A DNA stretch of 63,375 nucleotides, the filler included, from Aduncisulcus paluster (lineage: Eukaryota), in the NCBI GenBank assembly GCA_024181965.1. It is 5 parts of 5 records of this genome, joined end to end, with 100 filler letters (N's around TTAATTAATTAA, not from the genome) between each part and the next. Parts side by side here need not be neighbours in the genome. Positions count along the whole stretch, not along the records: positions 37,621 to 54,652 come from BQXS01012476.1; positions 54,753 to 61,273 come from BQXS01012478.1; positions 61,374 to 63,375 come from BQXS01012519.1; 2 more parts are not named here. The stretch is one strand, 5' to 3'. Made by a program: the position numbers and the translations under genes. Numbering within the stretch: position 1 is the stretch's first letter; each line of letters opens with the position of its first letter. The notes under the pieces were generated by a model. That model saw only the letters and a list, made by a program, of their open reading frames with translations, ran no database searches and had not been told where the DNA came from. Positions 53,001 through 63,375 of the stretch are shown here, piece by piece.

Positions 53001-54652
53001 TAGCAGTGAGGCTCGATTGTCCATGCAATTTACCAGAGATGTTCCCACTGGTCATACTGGACCCAGATGTACCAGAGAAATGAGAGTCTTGCTCTCCACT
53101 CTGTGTTAGCGAAGAATTAGAAGTAAAGTTGATTGGAACTGGAATATATTTAGGATTATTTTTAATAGAATCGAGGGATTCCCGCTGGGGATTCACGACA
53201 GATTGAGTGCCTTGACTCACAGATGGTATTCCAGGAGTTGTACTATTTGATTGTGGTCCATATTTAGAACCTTGAGAAGAAAGTCTAGCACCCCCAGGTG
53301 GTTTTGATGCTTGGGTTTCCAACGCTTCTTTCTCCATTCTTTCCTCATGTTCCACTTTAACATAGGCACTGATGTCACGTGTCAATGCAGTTATCTTGCG
53401 TCTGACACTTTCCGAAATGTGATAATTCGAAGACTCATCGAGAGGATCTAGGCCGTGTGTAATAGTGTCTTTTGTCGTCAGAGACGATGGTGCCATGATC
53501 CCATGTCCATGTGGCATGACAACACTTGATTTGCTCGTATCGACATGAGACGGAGGCGTAGATGAGAATCTACCGGCCACAAACTGTTCAGAACCGGTAT
53601 GTGTGTGAACAGGAGCATTGATATTGTATTTCTCCGTCATTTTCTTTCTTACATCAGGAAACATGACAGGAGGGGCCTGGTCAAACATAATCCTTGCACT
53701 ATCGGAAGGAGAAGAGTTGTGGAGTTGCTCTTCATTATTTGCTATTTGGTAAGGGACGTCATGGAAAGTGACATAAGAATCGCGTCCTTGAGTTGCTGGT
53801 TTGTCTTGATATGGAGTAGCTTGATCTTCATTGTTATCGCCACGAAAAGGATGTATTCGTTGCTTCCGATGATTGAAGACAGGGGCAGAGTCAATTCCTT
53901 CCATTTCTCTTCCAAAAATATCCATTTCTTCCTCGTCCTCTTCTTCTTTTCCTTCCCTTTCCTTTCCTTCTTCTTCATCTTCTTCCTCCTCCTCCTCCCT
54001 TCTTCTTCTTCTTCCTCATCTTCCTCCTCCTCTTCATCAGCAAAACCATGATATAAGAGAGGTTCGTTAGCATGGAAAGACTCAACGGAGGAAGAAGAGT
54101 ATGATCTCGCACGGTTTAATAAAACATTGGGATCAGAGATGGACAGGAATCCATCATCATCATCTTCCTCCTCTTCTCTCCTCCTCCTCTCTTCTTCCTT
54201 TTTCGTTGACACACTAGTAATACGACGAGATGCAGTATCTTGGCCATTAAAAATACGACCTCCATCTCCTCTATATCTCAGCTGAGCTCCAGTGACCATA
54301 TCAAGGTGATCAGATCGCTCTGAGTAAGAAGTGAGATCATGAGGGGTTGAGATGGGGCGAGTAAGGTCATTGGGATTGTTAGAAATCAACGAATTCGTTA
54401 TTATATGCGACTGTTGCTGCATCGAAGGGCCCATGGAAGGAGGTTGAGGATGAGTGGAGTGAGATTGAGATTTCTTGATAGAAGTTGTTTGTTTTTTTGA
54501 TGATATTGATTTTGAAGTTTGGGATTTCTTCTTTTGTTTACCCTGCTTTCTTTCTTTTCTCTCTCTCTTCTCCTGGTATTTTTGCCGGTATTTTTGCCGG
54601 TTCCCACCGGAAGACGGATATGATTGTTGATGATCAGATGTTGACGGAGAGG
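47017..54652 (-). CDS. Very large low-complexity membrane protein (5'-partial; one frameshift at 53998-53999)
   Basis: Frame open from the scaffold edge through ORF 53742..54434 to a GAA/GAG tract, where a shift joins poly-Glu to the 2302-aa ORF. Several TM pairs separated by Ser/Lys-rich loops; in-frame gap duplication at 49265-49284. Confidence 0.75.
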
Positions 54653-54752
54653 NNNNNNNNNNNNNNNNNNNNNNNNNNNNNNNNNNNNNNNNNNNNTTAA
54701 TTAATTAANNNNNNNNNNNNNNNNNNNNNNNNNNNNNNNNNNNNNNNNNNNN
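54653..54752. other. Artificial scaffold linker
   Basis: N-TTAATTAATTAA-N. Confidence 0.97.
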
Positions 54753-54754
54753 TG

Positions 54755-55174
54755 ATCCATTATCGAAGTGTTCATTGGAGACCTTATCATGATATTGCTG
54801 CCACAATGATGACCATTGCAGCTTTGTTAAATGAAGGAAAGGCAACGTTTTCCATAAAATCCTTTGGTGAAAGGAGGAATTCCAAGAAGATATTAAGGCT
54901 GATAGCTCCATTAATTGCAAAAGCGAAGCTCAAGGATGCACGTCTATTCTCAGCATTGCACACATCGATGGAGAAAGTTGACCAGTCAGAGTTCTGTGAG
55001 ATATTGGTGGAAATGTTTGCTTCATATCGACCTTCTGAAGGACGAATCCCCACGAATTTGTCATTGGAGAAGTATTGGAAGAGATTGAGAAAATTTGATG
55101 ATATTTTGCCCCGACTGTCATTCAAAAAATGTAAAAGCTGTAAAGGAATCTGTCTTGGACATTTAACCCAATAG
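54755..55174 (+). CDS. ORF fragment, possibly the C-terminal part of a hAT-like transposase
   Basis: Open from the scaffold start; SLEKYWKRLRKFDDILPRL loosely resembles the start of the hAT dimerisation domain, but no ERxFS motif follows. Confidence 0.3.
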   Translation: MHYRSVHWRPYHDIAATMMTIAALLNEGKATFSIKSFGERRNSKKILRLIAPLIAKAKLKDARLFSALHTSMEKVDQSEFCEILVEMFASYRPSEGRIPTNLSLEKYWKRLRKFDDILPRLSFKKCKSCKGICLGHLTQ

Positions 55175-55316
55175 ATATAAGCATCCATATTCAACGTAAG
55201 TTATGTTACATAATGATCTTCAACAAAAATCTTAAACACTTTATTATTGCTCTCCAGTTCTTTGGTGATATCTCTTTGATTGTAAACTGAGTTTACTAAA
55301 CTCATTCCCAGTCTCC

Positions 55317-57802
55317 CTAGAGCTCACCACCTCCATCAAGACCAGGTACTCCCTCAATCGTTCCAACAGAGCCACCATACTGTCTCCTCTGCTCATGGAC
55401 AATGTCTTCAATGCTTGGACACTCAAACCCTTCTCCAAGCATGGGCAATAACGCTTTGATGGATTGGACCTTTTCACGGGCTTGGTGCACACTCATGCGT
55501 TTGTCATCATCCTTCCGAGTCAAACCTGTGAAGACGTCATTCAGACAAGAATAAACAGCCTTGAACTTCCCGTCGTCAATGTGATTGAGAGATTTGAACA
55601 GAGGCGAGTCCTTGAGTTTGGTTGTTCTGTTCTTCTCAATCAGAGTCATGAGAGCATCGCTGAACACAGTTTTATCGGAGATGCCTCGAAGCACTGGGAT
55701 TTGTAAGAATGGGATTTGACACAAAAATAGGGCAAGGATTGCAATTCCAAGAGAGTAGCCATCGCTGGACTGAGTTTGAATTCCACACAGGGCTTGGTAT
55801 GAGTTGTAGACAAGAGGACCTATAATGGAACTTTCTTCAGACAAAAGGGATGAGGAATAGTACCTTCTGGAAGAGGCTGAACCAGAGATGGAATCCTGGA
55901 TCTGCACGAATCCAAGATCAGCAAGAACAATAGTGCACTTCTTAGAATCGGGATCAACACGAACAAGGAAGTTGTCAGGTTTGATGTCTCGATGAACAAG
56001 ACTTGGTTTAGCCGTGAACACATCATCGAGACACTCGATCATTCCAACACACAGGGCAGCAACTTTCACAGGGTTCAGTGTCATGGGGTCAAAGGATGAG
56101 GAATGTTGGCGAGATGCAGAATCTGAGGAACAACTCGAATCAGAGTCGGAGAGAGAAGAATCATCAGAATCTTCATCATCCTTCGCACTCACATACTTAT
56201 CATCGACACACCATCTCTTTGCAAAGGAACTCACACTGCCTCAAACACAGAATTCCATCAAGAACCCATACACACCTTTGTAGTTATCATCAAGAAGATC
56301 AAGAATATACAGAGGACGTGGGATTCGGTGGAAACATTTGGGATTGTTAAACAACTTGAGTTGCACTTTAAACTCCTTCCGACACCCTCTCACAACCTTT
56401 TCATCCGCAATCCGAAGCGTCTTCTTCAGAACACATGGGAAAGGAATGCCATCAATAAGAACAAGAAGACCTCTCCAAACCCACCACTGCCAATGATGCA
56501 CTGTGAATTCAGCGTGGATGCAGATGTCAGGGTTAGCGAGTCGTGCTTGGGGTTATACTTGGGCTTTCCATCCTTGGATTTCTTCTATTTGGTGTCTTTT
56601 GGTGTTGGATCCTTATCATTTCCTTTAATAACAATTTGTTGTTTTTCTTCTTTCACAACTTCTTTCTCAGATTTTGATGGCAAAGACAAAGTTGATGTGG
56701 GTGTCTTGGAGGAACTGGAAGGAACAGAAACAGGAGTAAGAAGAGGAGAGGTGGGAATATCATCACCTCGAAGAAAAACAAGGGAGTAGATCCAGAACCA
56801 TCGACTATTCTTCCACCGCCACCTTCCTTTCCCTTCAATCTCACACAATACAACGTTATACAAATCAATAGGAAGGAAGTGCCATTCATACAAATGTTTA
56901 GGTCTTGTGAATTCATACTTCTTGAATGTCTTCTTGCTATCACAATCAGTAAAAGTGAAGAGAAGAGAGGGAGAACTATCTTCATCCACACAGATATATG
57001 CACCTTTCATAGGACTAGGTGATGGGAAAGGAATGGAAAGATGGGATAAAGCGACAAAATCTTCCCCTTTTAACATTCCTTGTGCTCTTGAACTCTGATC
57101 ATACTTCTCAGATTCCTTACTCTCCGAATCATCCTTGCACTTAACCATTGAGAATAAAGGATCTACAAGCTTTGGATCATCTCGTGGAATGGGAATAGAT
57201 TTTCTATATCCTTCCTGAACAAACTCTGGTTTCACAACTTGAGATTCAGACCATATTTTCTCTTTGACTTCACGAACTATGATTTCTTCAGGAGTTTCTT
57301 CTCTAATGAAAACAAGGGATTTGATTCCAAAATACTCTCTCTTTCTTCCTTTCCCTGAAATCTCACACAGGACAACATCAGGGAGATTAACAGGAAGGAA
57401 ATACCAATGATCACCTTCAAATTCAGGAAATTCGTATTTCTTGGATGTTTTATCACCCTTTGAAGATGTGAGAGTGAAGATAAGATGTGATGGAGGTGAA
57501 AACCAAGATCTACCATCAAGACAGATATAAGCCCCTTTCATTGGGGAAGACGAAGAGAAAGGAATGGAGATATGGGTAAAATGTCCAAACTGACCCTCTG
57601 ATTTCATCATCTCTTGTGCATAAGAACTCTGATAGTACCCACATTCACCTTCTTCCTTAATTCCATCTATTGCTTCGATAGTTGGAAACTCTGCACTCTT
57701 AATATTGGGGGCATCTCCAGGAATTGGACAGCAAAAGTAATCTCCTCCATAAATAAACTCAGGTTCCACAGTTTGAATAACAGCATCTGAGGATGAACTC
57801 AT
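55317..57802 (-). pseudogene. Protein kinase pseudogene with two N-terminal repeats of a lineage-specific beta-rich domain
   Basis: One gene broken by TAG (56585-56587), a frameshift just after IIGSGGFGEV (~56470) and TGA (56241-56243, in EFCV*GSV). Kinase motifs GSGGFG, VLKK, HRDIKPDN, DLG. N-terminal unit SIPF...MKGAYIC...W.FLP..L..VVLCEI.GKG occurs twice. Confidence 0.85.
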
Positions 57803-58107
57803 TTGTATAGAGATAGAATATCTTATCTAAAAAATAAAAACAAGCAGAATAATATTAGTATTTGTGAACAAACGGAATAAATGCAAAGTTCAAGGAAAAC
57901 AGTCCGAGAAACAAAGACAAAACGAATGAAACGAACAAGAAACGGCCACACAGCGCAATATAATTAGTAAAATTGAAGGAATTCAATTAAAATATTTCTT
58001 AATATACATATAATAAAAGATGTGACATATAGTAAACATACAATTTGCTTGTTTGCCAAGAAAAAATTGGGCTGAACATACAACCCTTCAATAGACACGA
58101 TAGGAAA

Positions 58108-58504
58108 GTTAAAAACATTTATTAGCGATTTTAATGATATTCAATACATATATATATTTCCATTTCATTTCTATCCTGATCCTTGCCTTTCTGTTTCATT
58201 TTCACTTGCTTTTGCTTACAATCAGAGATATCAAGAACTCGGAATACGATGGTATCCATATGTCTGTATACTGCTACGAATCTAATCCCCTGATGCTTCA
58301 TGGAATATGACATTTCATTACACCCAACTCCAACTACAACTCCAACTCCAACTCCAACTCCAATGCCAGATCATGATCATCCGATACATTTAATACTGAG
58401 CTTTGTGCTATTTCACCCTAGATTGACAATGTGACAATCATGGAAAGTGATATCGTAGGTTTTTGAATTTGCAGTTGGAATGGGTATGGTTATCCGGGTT
58501 TGGA
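58108..58504 (+). repeat. Dispersed repeat copy 1 (contains (CTCCAA)n and an FKBP-like fragment)
   Basis: Clearly alignable by eye, with scattered substitutions, to 62847-63261. Confidence 0.85.
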
Positions 58505-59219
58505 AGGTTCATGTCAGAATCTGTCTCAGAAACATGTTTTATTTTCTTCAATCATTCAAATACTAACCTATTATGATATGGTATCTAATGAGAGNNNNNN
58601 NNNNNNNNNNNNNNCATGGAATATGACATTTCATTACACCCAACTCCAACTACAACTCCAACTCCAACTCCAACTCCAATGCCAGATCATGATCATCCGA
58701 TACATTTAATACTGAGCTTTGTGCTATTTCACCCTAGATTGACAATGTGACAATCATGGAAAGTGATATCGTAGGTTTTTGAATTTGCAGTTGGAATGGG
58801 TATGGTTATCCGGGTTTGGAAGGTTCATGTCAGAATCTGTCTCAGAAACATGTTTTATTTTCTTCAATCATTCAAATACTAACCTATTATGATATGGTAT
58901 CTAATGAGAGATCAACGAGATGAGTCACAAACTGAATAATATTGTCTGAAGTTGTCAACTTGCCAGAATCAAATAGTAACGCATTTATGATGAAATCAAG
59001 TTGCTTAGTCCCTGTCAAATTAGTTCTCAATTTCCTTCGAATCGAAGTTTTCGCTGAATAAAATTATTCTGAGGACAGAATTTCTGAGAGAACAATCATA
59101 AATATTATTTGGGGGATATTATCGAAGATAAGTTGAACATTCAAGCTTCTCTGCTTTTGAAATCAATTGATTGCTTCTCTTTCTCTAACTCTCGACGACA
59201 TGCTTCTGTTTTTGTTTGT

Positions 59220-59918
59220 TCATTTTAATTTCCTGAAATAGCTTTTGTATGTCGAATACATATCATCTGAGAAACATACGAAAACAACATTTTTCAAAGT
59301 TGTACCAGATTTAACTTGTTTTTGCTTGATCCATTCAATGGTACAGTCAACAGCAACCTTGCAAGCACGTTTTATATCTTCAGAATAAGCAAAAACACCA
59401 CAAGAGATTGCCGGAAATGCTATTGATCTCATCTTAAGCCCTTGGAGCTCATCAAGGCAGGATGTATAACATGAAGCAAGTAAAGGATCATTCATACATT
59501 CTTGTGGTCCTACTGTGTGGAAAATGGCAGCACATGGGAGTTTGAATGACTCTGACATACAGCACTCTCCATAAGAGCATCCTTTTGGATATTGTTTCTC
59601 CATTTGAGATACTAATTTTTCTTCTCCTGCAGCACGATGAATAAAACCATCGACACCACCACCACCTCTCAAATAGGTATTTGCTGCATTGACAATGGCA
59701 TCTACACCAAGCTCACAAATATCTCCCTGGTACAAAGTCAAATGAACTCCTTCAATGTTGATGGTGGTAGAATCAGATAATTTGGATATTACCTCTCTTG
59801 AATGGGTATAGGCCATTTTTTTCTTTATCCTCGAAATCATTCCTTCTCTATCAAAGCGCTTTGAAGGATGAGTGGGGATTTTTTCTTCTTTGCATTCTTC
59901 CCAGCCAAATTTAGCCAT
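59220..59918 (-). CDS. Macrodomain protein (MacroD/YmdB-like ADP-ribosylhydrolase)
   Basis: LYQGDI...VDAIVNAANTYLRGGGGVDGFIHRAAG, IFHTVGP, SIAFPAISCGVFAY. Confidence 0.93.
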   Translation of the reverse strand: MAKFGWEECKEEKIPTHPSKRFDREGMISRIKKKMAYTHSREVISKLSDSTTINIEGVHLTLYQGDICELGVDAIVNAANTYLRGGGGVDGFIHRAAGEEKLVSQMEKQYPKGCSYGECCMSESFKLPCAAIFHTVGPQECMNDPLLASCYTSCLDELQGLKMRSIAFPAISCGVFAYSEDIKRACKVAVDCTIEWIKQKQVKSGTTLKNVVFVCFSDDMYSTYKSYFRKLK

Positions 59919-60273
59919 TTTTGAGTCTATCTATGCCGTAATATTAACCGAAACAGAGAAAAGAAACGAAAAGAAAAAATAAGCGCGAGAAAAATGATAT
60001 CAATGATTTAGCAATTCCTCATTCATCTTAATCTTACCTAATTTTGATTTTTTTATACTATTGTCTCGGTCCATTCATGACAGATGCTCGATCTATTTTG
60101 TCTTCGTCATATAATGGATTTTGTACACTTCAAAAATAATAAAAATACCTAATATTAAGATATAATATTTTTTCAGGAGGAATTGATTCCTAAATAGATG
60201 TCGTTGCCTGGGTTAGAGGAGTTTGTCACTTTTTGCTGTATCTAAAGCTATAAAGAATTCTTAACTATTAAAA

Positions 60274-61273
60274 ATGGATGATCCTTACAAAATAGTTTTT
60301 ATTGGAGGGTCTGGTGGGGGTAAAACATGTTTGATTCGACGGTGTATCAAGAATGACTTTCCTGGAGAAACGATGTCAACCATAGGCGCGGTTTATTGGT
60401 CAAAAACGGTGAATATTCACGATTGTCCTACAAAACTTGAAATTTGGGATACTTCTGGTCAGGAGAGGTATTTTTCGTTGACTCCTATGTATTTTAGGGA
60501 TGCTTCGGTTGTAATTATTGTGTTTGATTTGACAGATTCATATTCTTTTGAATTCTCAAAGAAAATATTTGAAGAGTTTGTTATGAAGGAGGCAATGAAA
60601 AATTCAATCATAGCATTTGTTGGAAACAAACTGGATTGTGCTGTTGAGAATCGAATAGTTGCTAAATCGACTGCTGAGGTATTTGCAGCTGAAAATAACA
60701 TTTTGTATTTCGAGACAAGTGCAAAAACTGGAGAAGGTGTTGAGGAAATGTTCTCACAAATAGCTGAGACTTGTTTCATGAACAGGCATCATTTGATTCA
60801 TCATGACTCTTCACACAAATACACATTGCCCATTCTTGATGAATCTTGTTTGGATGATTTCCCTCTCTGTGATATTGACCCCTCTCGAGTTGAATCGACA
60901 GAAGGGTATAGCCAGAGCAAATTAGTGAAGTTCTTTCAGGGCAAGACAAGTTTGTCATTAACTCCTAATCTGGGAGATGTTAATCTACGAATTCCTTTTA
61001 AAGCACCCCATATTATCAGTCATTTCTATATAAGTAGTCAGAATATTCCAAGTGGGATAAAGAGGTTCAAAATGCATTTTACAACTGTTGATAAAAAGTT
61101 GTATGTTAAAGAATTTTCTATATCTTCTGATATTCCTTTTGATCATTACTTCTGGTATAGATTTCTAGTTGAAATATCTGTTCCAATTAAAGCATGTTAT
61201 CTTGAAGTCCTCTCTTCAGATGGAGATGATAAACAACCAAAAGTACAATTACATGCCATTCAATTTGTTATCG
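60274..61273 (+). CDS. Rab-like (Rab5-type signatures) GTPase fused to a C-terminal beta-rich domain (3'-partial)
   Basis: GGSGGGKT, TIGAVY, WDTSGQERYFSLTPMYFR, GNKLD, ETSAK, followed by a ~140-aa extra domain; runs into the scaffold end. Confidence 0.85.
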
Positions 61274-61373
61274 NNNNNNNNNNNNNNNNNNNNNNNNNNN
61301 NNNNNNNNNNNNNNNNNTTAATTAATTAANNNNNNNNNNNNNNNNNNNNNNNNNNNNNNNNNNNNNNNNNNNN
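61274..61373. other. Artificial scaffold linker
   Basis: N-TTAATTAATTAA-N. Confidence 0.97.
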
Positions 61374-61432
61374 CCTTCAAAAACAAACTCAGGTTCCACA
61401 GTTTGAATAACAGCATCTGTGGATGAACTCAT
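61374..61432 (-). CDS. 5' end of another member of the kinase-associated family (3'-partial)
   Basis: MSSSTDAVIQTVEPEFVFE versus MSSSSDAVIQTVEPEFIYG at 57802; upstream DNA 61433-61590 also matches 57803-58078 apart from an internal deletion. Confidence 0.8.
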
Positions 61433-61646
61433 TTGGATAGAGATAGAATTTCTTATCTAAAAAATAAAAACAAGCAGAATAATGAATGAATCCGGTTAAA
61501 ATATTTCTTAATATACATTTAATAAAAGATATGACATATAGTAAACATACAATTTGCTTGTACGACGAGAAAAAATGGAGGACTGAACAAGCAAGTCGGG
61601 GCGTCTTTATTTAATGTTGTTCAAATAAATTTTTACACTTATTTAA

Positions 61647-62138
61647 TTATCTATATTTTATATTATATTTCACATCTGTGATTCCTACTTTGATCCAGCT
61701 TCGCCAAATACTTGGAGAAACAGTAACCATATCCTTTCGCCAATGCTGCGCCAAGGCGAGCAAGTCTCCAGAATGAGGTTTGGAAGAGGGATTTTTCAGA
61801 AACCGTGCTATCTTCGCTGGAAGTGTCTCCAGAAAATGAATCCACTTCACTTGTTGCTGCAACAATGTTGCAGTCACGTCTCTTCTGCGAAATTCTTTCA
61901 ACAGGTCTGATAATCCTTGACCAATGGCTCCATGGGTTGAGATAGCAACCGGAATTACTCCGAAGTATTGTATAGCTACGCTCCTCCTCATAGAGTCAAT
62001 TGATTCAAGGGTCACCGAGTCTGCCTGGTCGTTCTGCCCTTCACTTACTTGTTGGGCTTGTGGTTCACTTTCTCCCTGCTGAGATATATCACTCTCATCA
62101 TTTTGATCCCTTTGACCAGGATCGGTGGCAGAAGTGGT
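61647..62138 (-). mobile_element. Possible 3' remnant of an RLE-type non-LTR retrotransposon ORF
   Basis: GVIPVAISTHGAIGQGLSDLLKEF fits the hhPhxhxTxGxhG...LLxxL motif at the end of restriction-like endonuclease domains of CRE/R2/NeSL-type elements; no ATG, interrupted upstream by the hAT-like end. Confidence 0.45.
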
Positions 62139-62815
62139 CAGGGGTGTACATCTTGCAGCCGCTGGCTGCCAACGAGAAATTTGGCTGCAATTGGCTGCCA
62201 AGTGGCTGCATTTTGCGTTTTTTTTTGAAAATAAACTCCACAAATTTCGTGATTTGAATCTCTTTTTTTTGCATCGTTTCGCAATAATTATGGGTGATTG
62301 TAACAAAATTTACTTTTTACAAAACGTTTGGGATTCTTTAGATGAAAAGGGTAAAGAAAAATTTGAAGATAAGGAGAAATTTGAAGAGAATTTTGATTGC
62401 AGTTTTGATTGGACAAAACCCATTACAAAAAAAAAGAAAATATCAGGTAAATTAAAAAAACGGTATTATTTGCAATGTAAATGTTGTCATTGCCTGATCG
62501 AGAGGACTGTAAAGAAATTACGTTCTCATCTCAAGTCAGAGCAACACCTTTCGAAATATGACGCTTGTCAGGAGCAGAAAACCATTGATGAATGTATTGA
62601 GATGGGGAAAATATCTCCTTCCGATGCTAAAGATGGGTGTATAGGCTATTTCCTTGGGTTAGGACTTTCTCCTCTGATGATCAGTAAGATTTTGACACCA
62701 CAGTTTCAATCTTTAATGTATAAAGCAGGAACTGGGAATATTGTAACAAGAAGGATAGTAGAAACGACAGCAAAAAGATTGATAGAAAAACAAGAGGATG
62801 ATTTGTGTCGAGAGC
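62139..62815 (+). mobile_element. Left end and truncated transposase of a hAT-like DNA transposon
   Basis: Begins CAGGGGTGTACA (hAT-like terminus); subterminal TGGCTGC at 62163, 62182, 62192, 62203 plus one inverted GGCTGC near 62155. ORF from ATG 62290 has a BED-like finger (LQCKCC...LRSHLKSEQH), a QKTIDEC linker and FLGLGLSP...PQFQSLM...IVTRRIV, and is cut before any catalytic Asp. Confidence 0.65.
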
Positions 62816-62846
62816 CCTCAGGACTGGATATAGTTCCATTTCACGT

Positions 62847-63261
62847 GTTAAGAACATTTATGAACGATTTCAATGCTATTCAATAACATGGATATATTTC
62901 CATTTCATTTATATCCTTATCCTTGCCTTTCTGTTCATTTTCACTTGCTTTTGCTAACAATCAAAAATATCAAGAACTCGGAATACGATGGTATATATAT
63001 GTCTGTATACTGCTACGAATCTGATCCCCTGATGCTTCATGGAACATGACATTTCCCCGCAGTCAAATCCAACTCCAACTCCAACTCCAACTCCAAATCC
63101 AAATCCAATTCCAACTCCAATGCCAGATCCTGATCATCCGATACATTTAATGCTGAGATTTGTGCTATTTCATCCCAGATTGACAATGTGACAATCATGG
63201 AAAGTGATATCGTAAGTTTTTTGAATTTGCTGTTGGAATGGGTATGGTTATCAGTGTTTGG
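62847..63261 (+). repeat. Dispersed repeat copy 2
   Basis: Homologous to 58108-58504, with a variant (CTCCAA/ATCCAA)n tract. Confidence 0.85.
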
Positions 63262-63375
63262 GATGAAGCCTTTCTTACATTAAGTGTTGGTGAAAGAGCC
63301 ACGATTGTAATCAAATCGATCCTGATTATGGTTATGGTGCCCGTGGAGCTGACGATTCTATTCCACCTGATTCCA
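63220..63375 (+). pseudogene. FKBP-type peptidyl-prolyl isomerase fragment, frameshifted
   Basis: FEFAVGMGMVISVWDEAFLTLSVGERATIVI then, after a 5-nt insertion (~63313-63317), DPDYGYGARGADDSIPPDS; matches FKBP12-type FxFxxGxxxVIxGWDE...VGERA...PDYGYG...IPP. Confidence 0.85.

Noticed and set aside
56241..56587. In-frame TAG/TGA as stop-codon reassignment or readthrough
   Set aside because: A frameshift lies between them, and intact genes here end in TAA, TAG and TGA; pseudogenisation is simpler.

Overview
Eukaryotic, gene-dense, intron-poor DNA in the standard code from a flagellated protist. The kinase family and GTATGT introns suggest a Carpediemonas-like fornicate such as Aduncisulcus; this is inference from recall, not a database result. 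The window is five unrelated scaffolds joined by N-TTAATTAATTAA-N linkers (1-17297, 17398-37520, 37621-54652, 54753-61273, 61374-63375). Most internal 20-N gaps are flanked by duplicated sequence (scaffolding artefacts that split the ORF track). Genes: a >3,800-aa TmcB/TmcC-like membrane protein (its 3' third is missing from the ORF track), NUFIP1/Rsa1-like, an RRM protein, Hydin, Rab23 (one intron), an Rh-type ammonium transporter, a cluster of two-TM Cys-rich proteins, a macrodomain protein, a Rab-fusion protein and a kinase pseudogene. Most interesting signals: (1) intergenic DNA carries chains of perfect palindromes centred on a single base, resembling hairpin-repair/hAT excision footprints; (2) Hydin stops at a domain boundary, apparently lacking the C-terminal ~800 aa (gene fission or trans-splicing candidate); (3) an uncharacterised beta-rich domain is fused to both a kinase and a Rab GTPase; (4) a kinase-promoter/FKBP-fragment cassette recurs on two scaffolds, one copy carrying nested retrotransposon and hAT remnants; (5) a 100-bp Mutator-like MITE with a 10-bp TSD; (6) a structured intron directly after a start codon.
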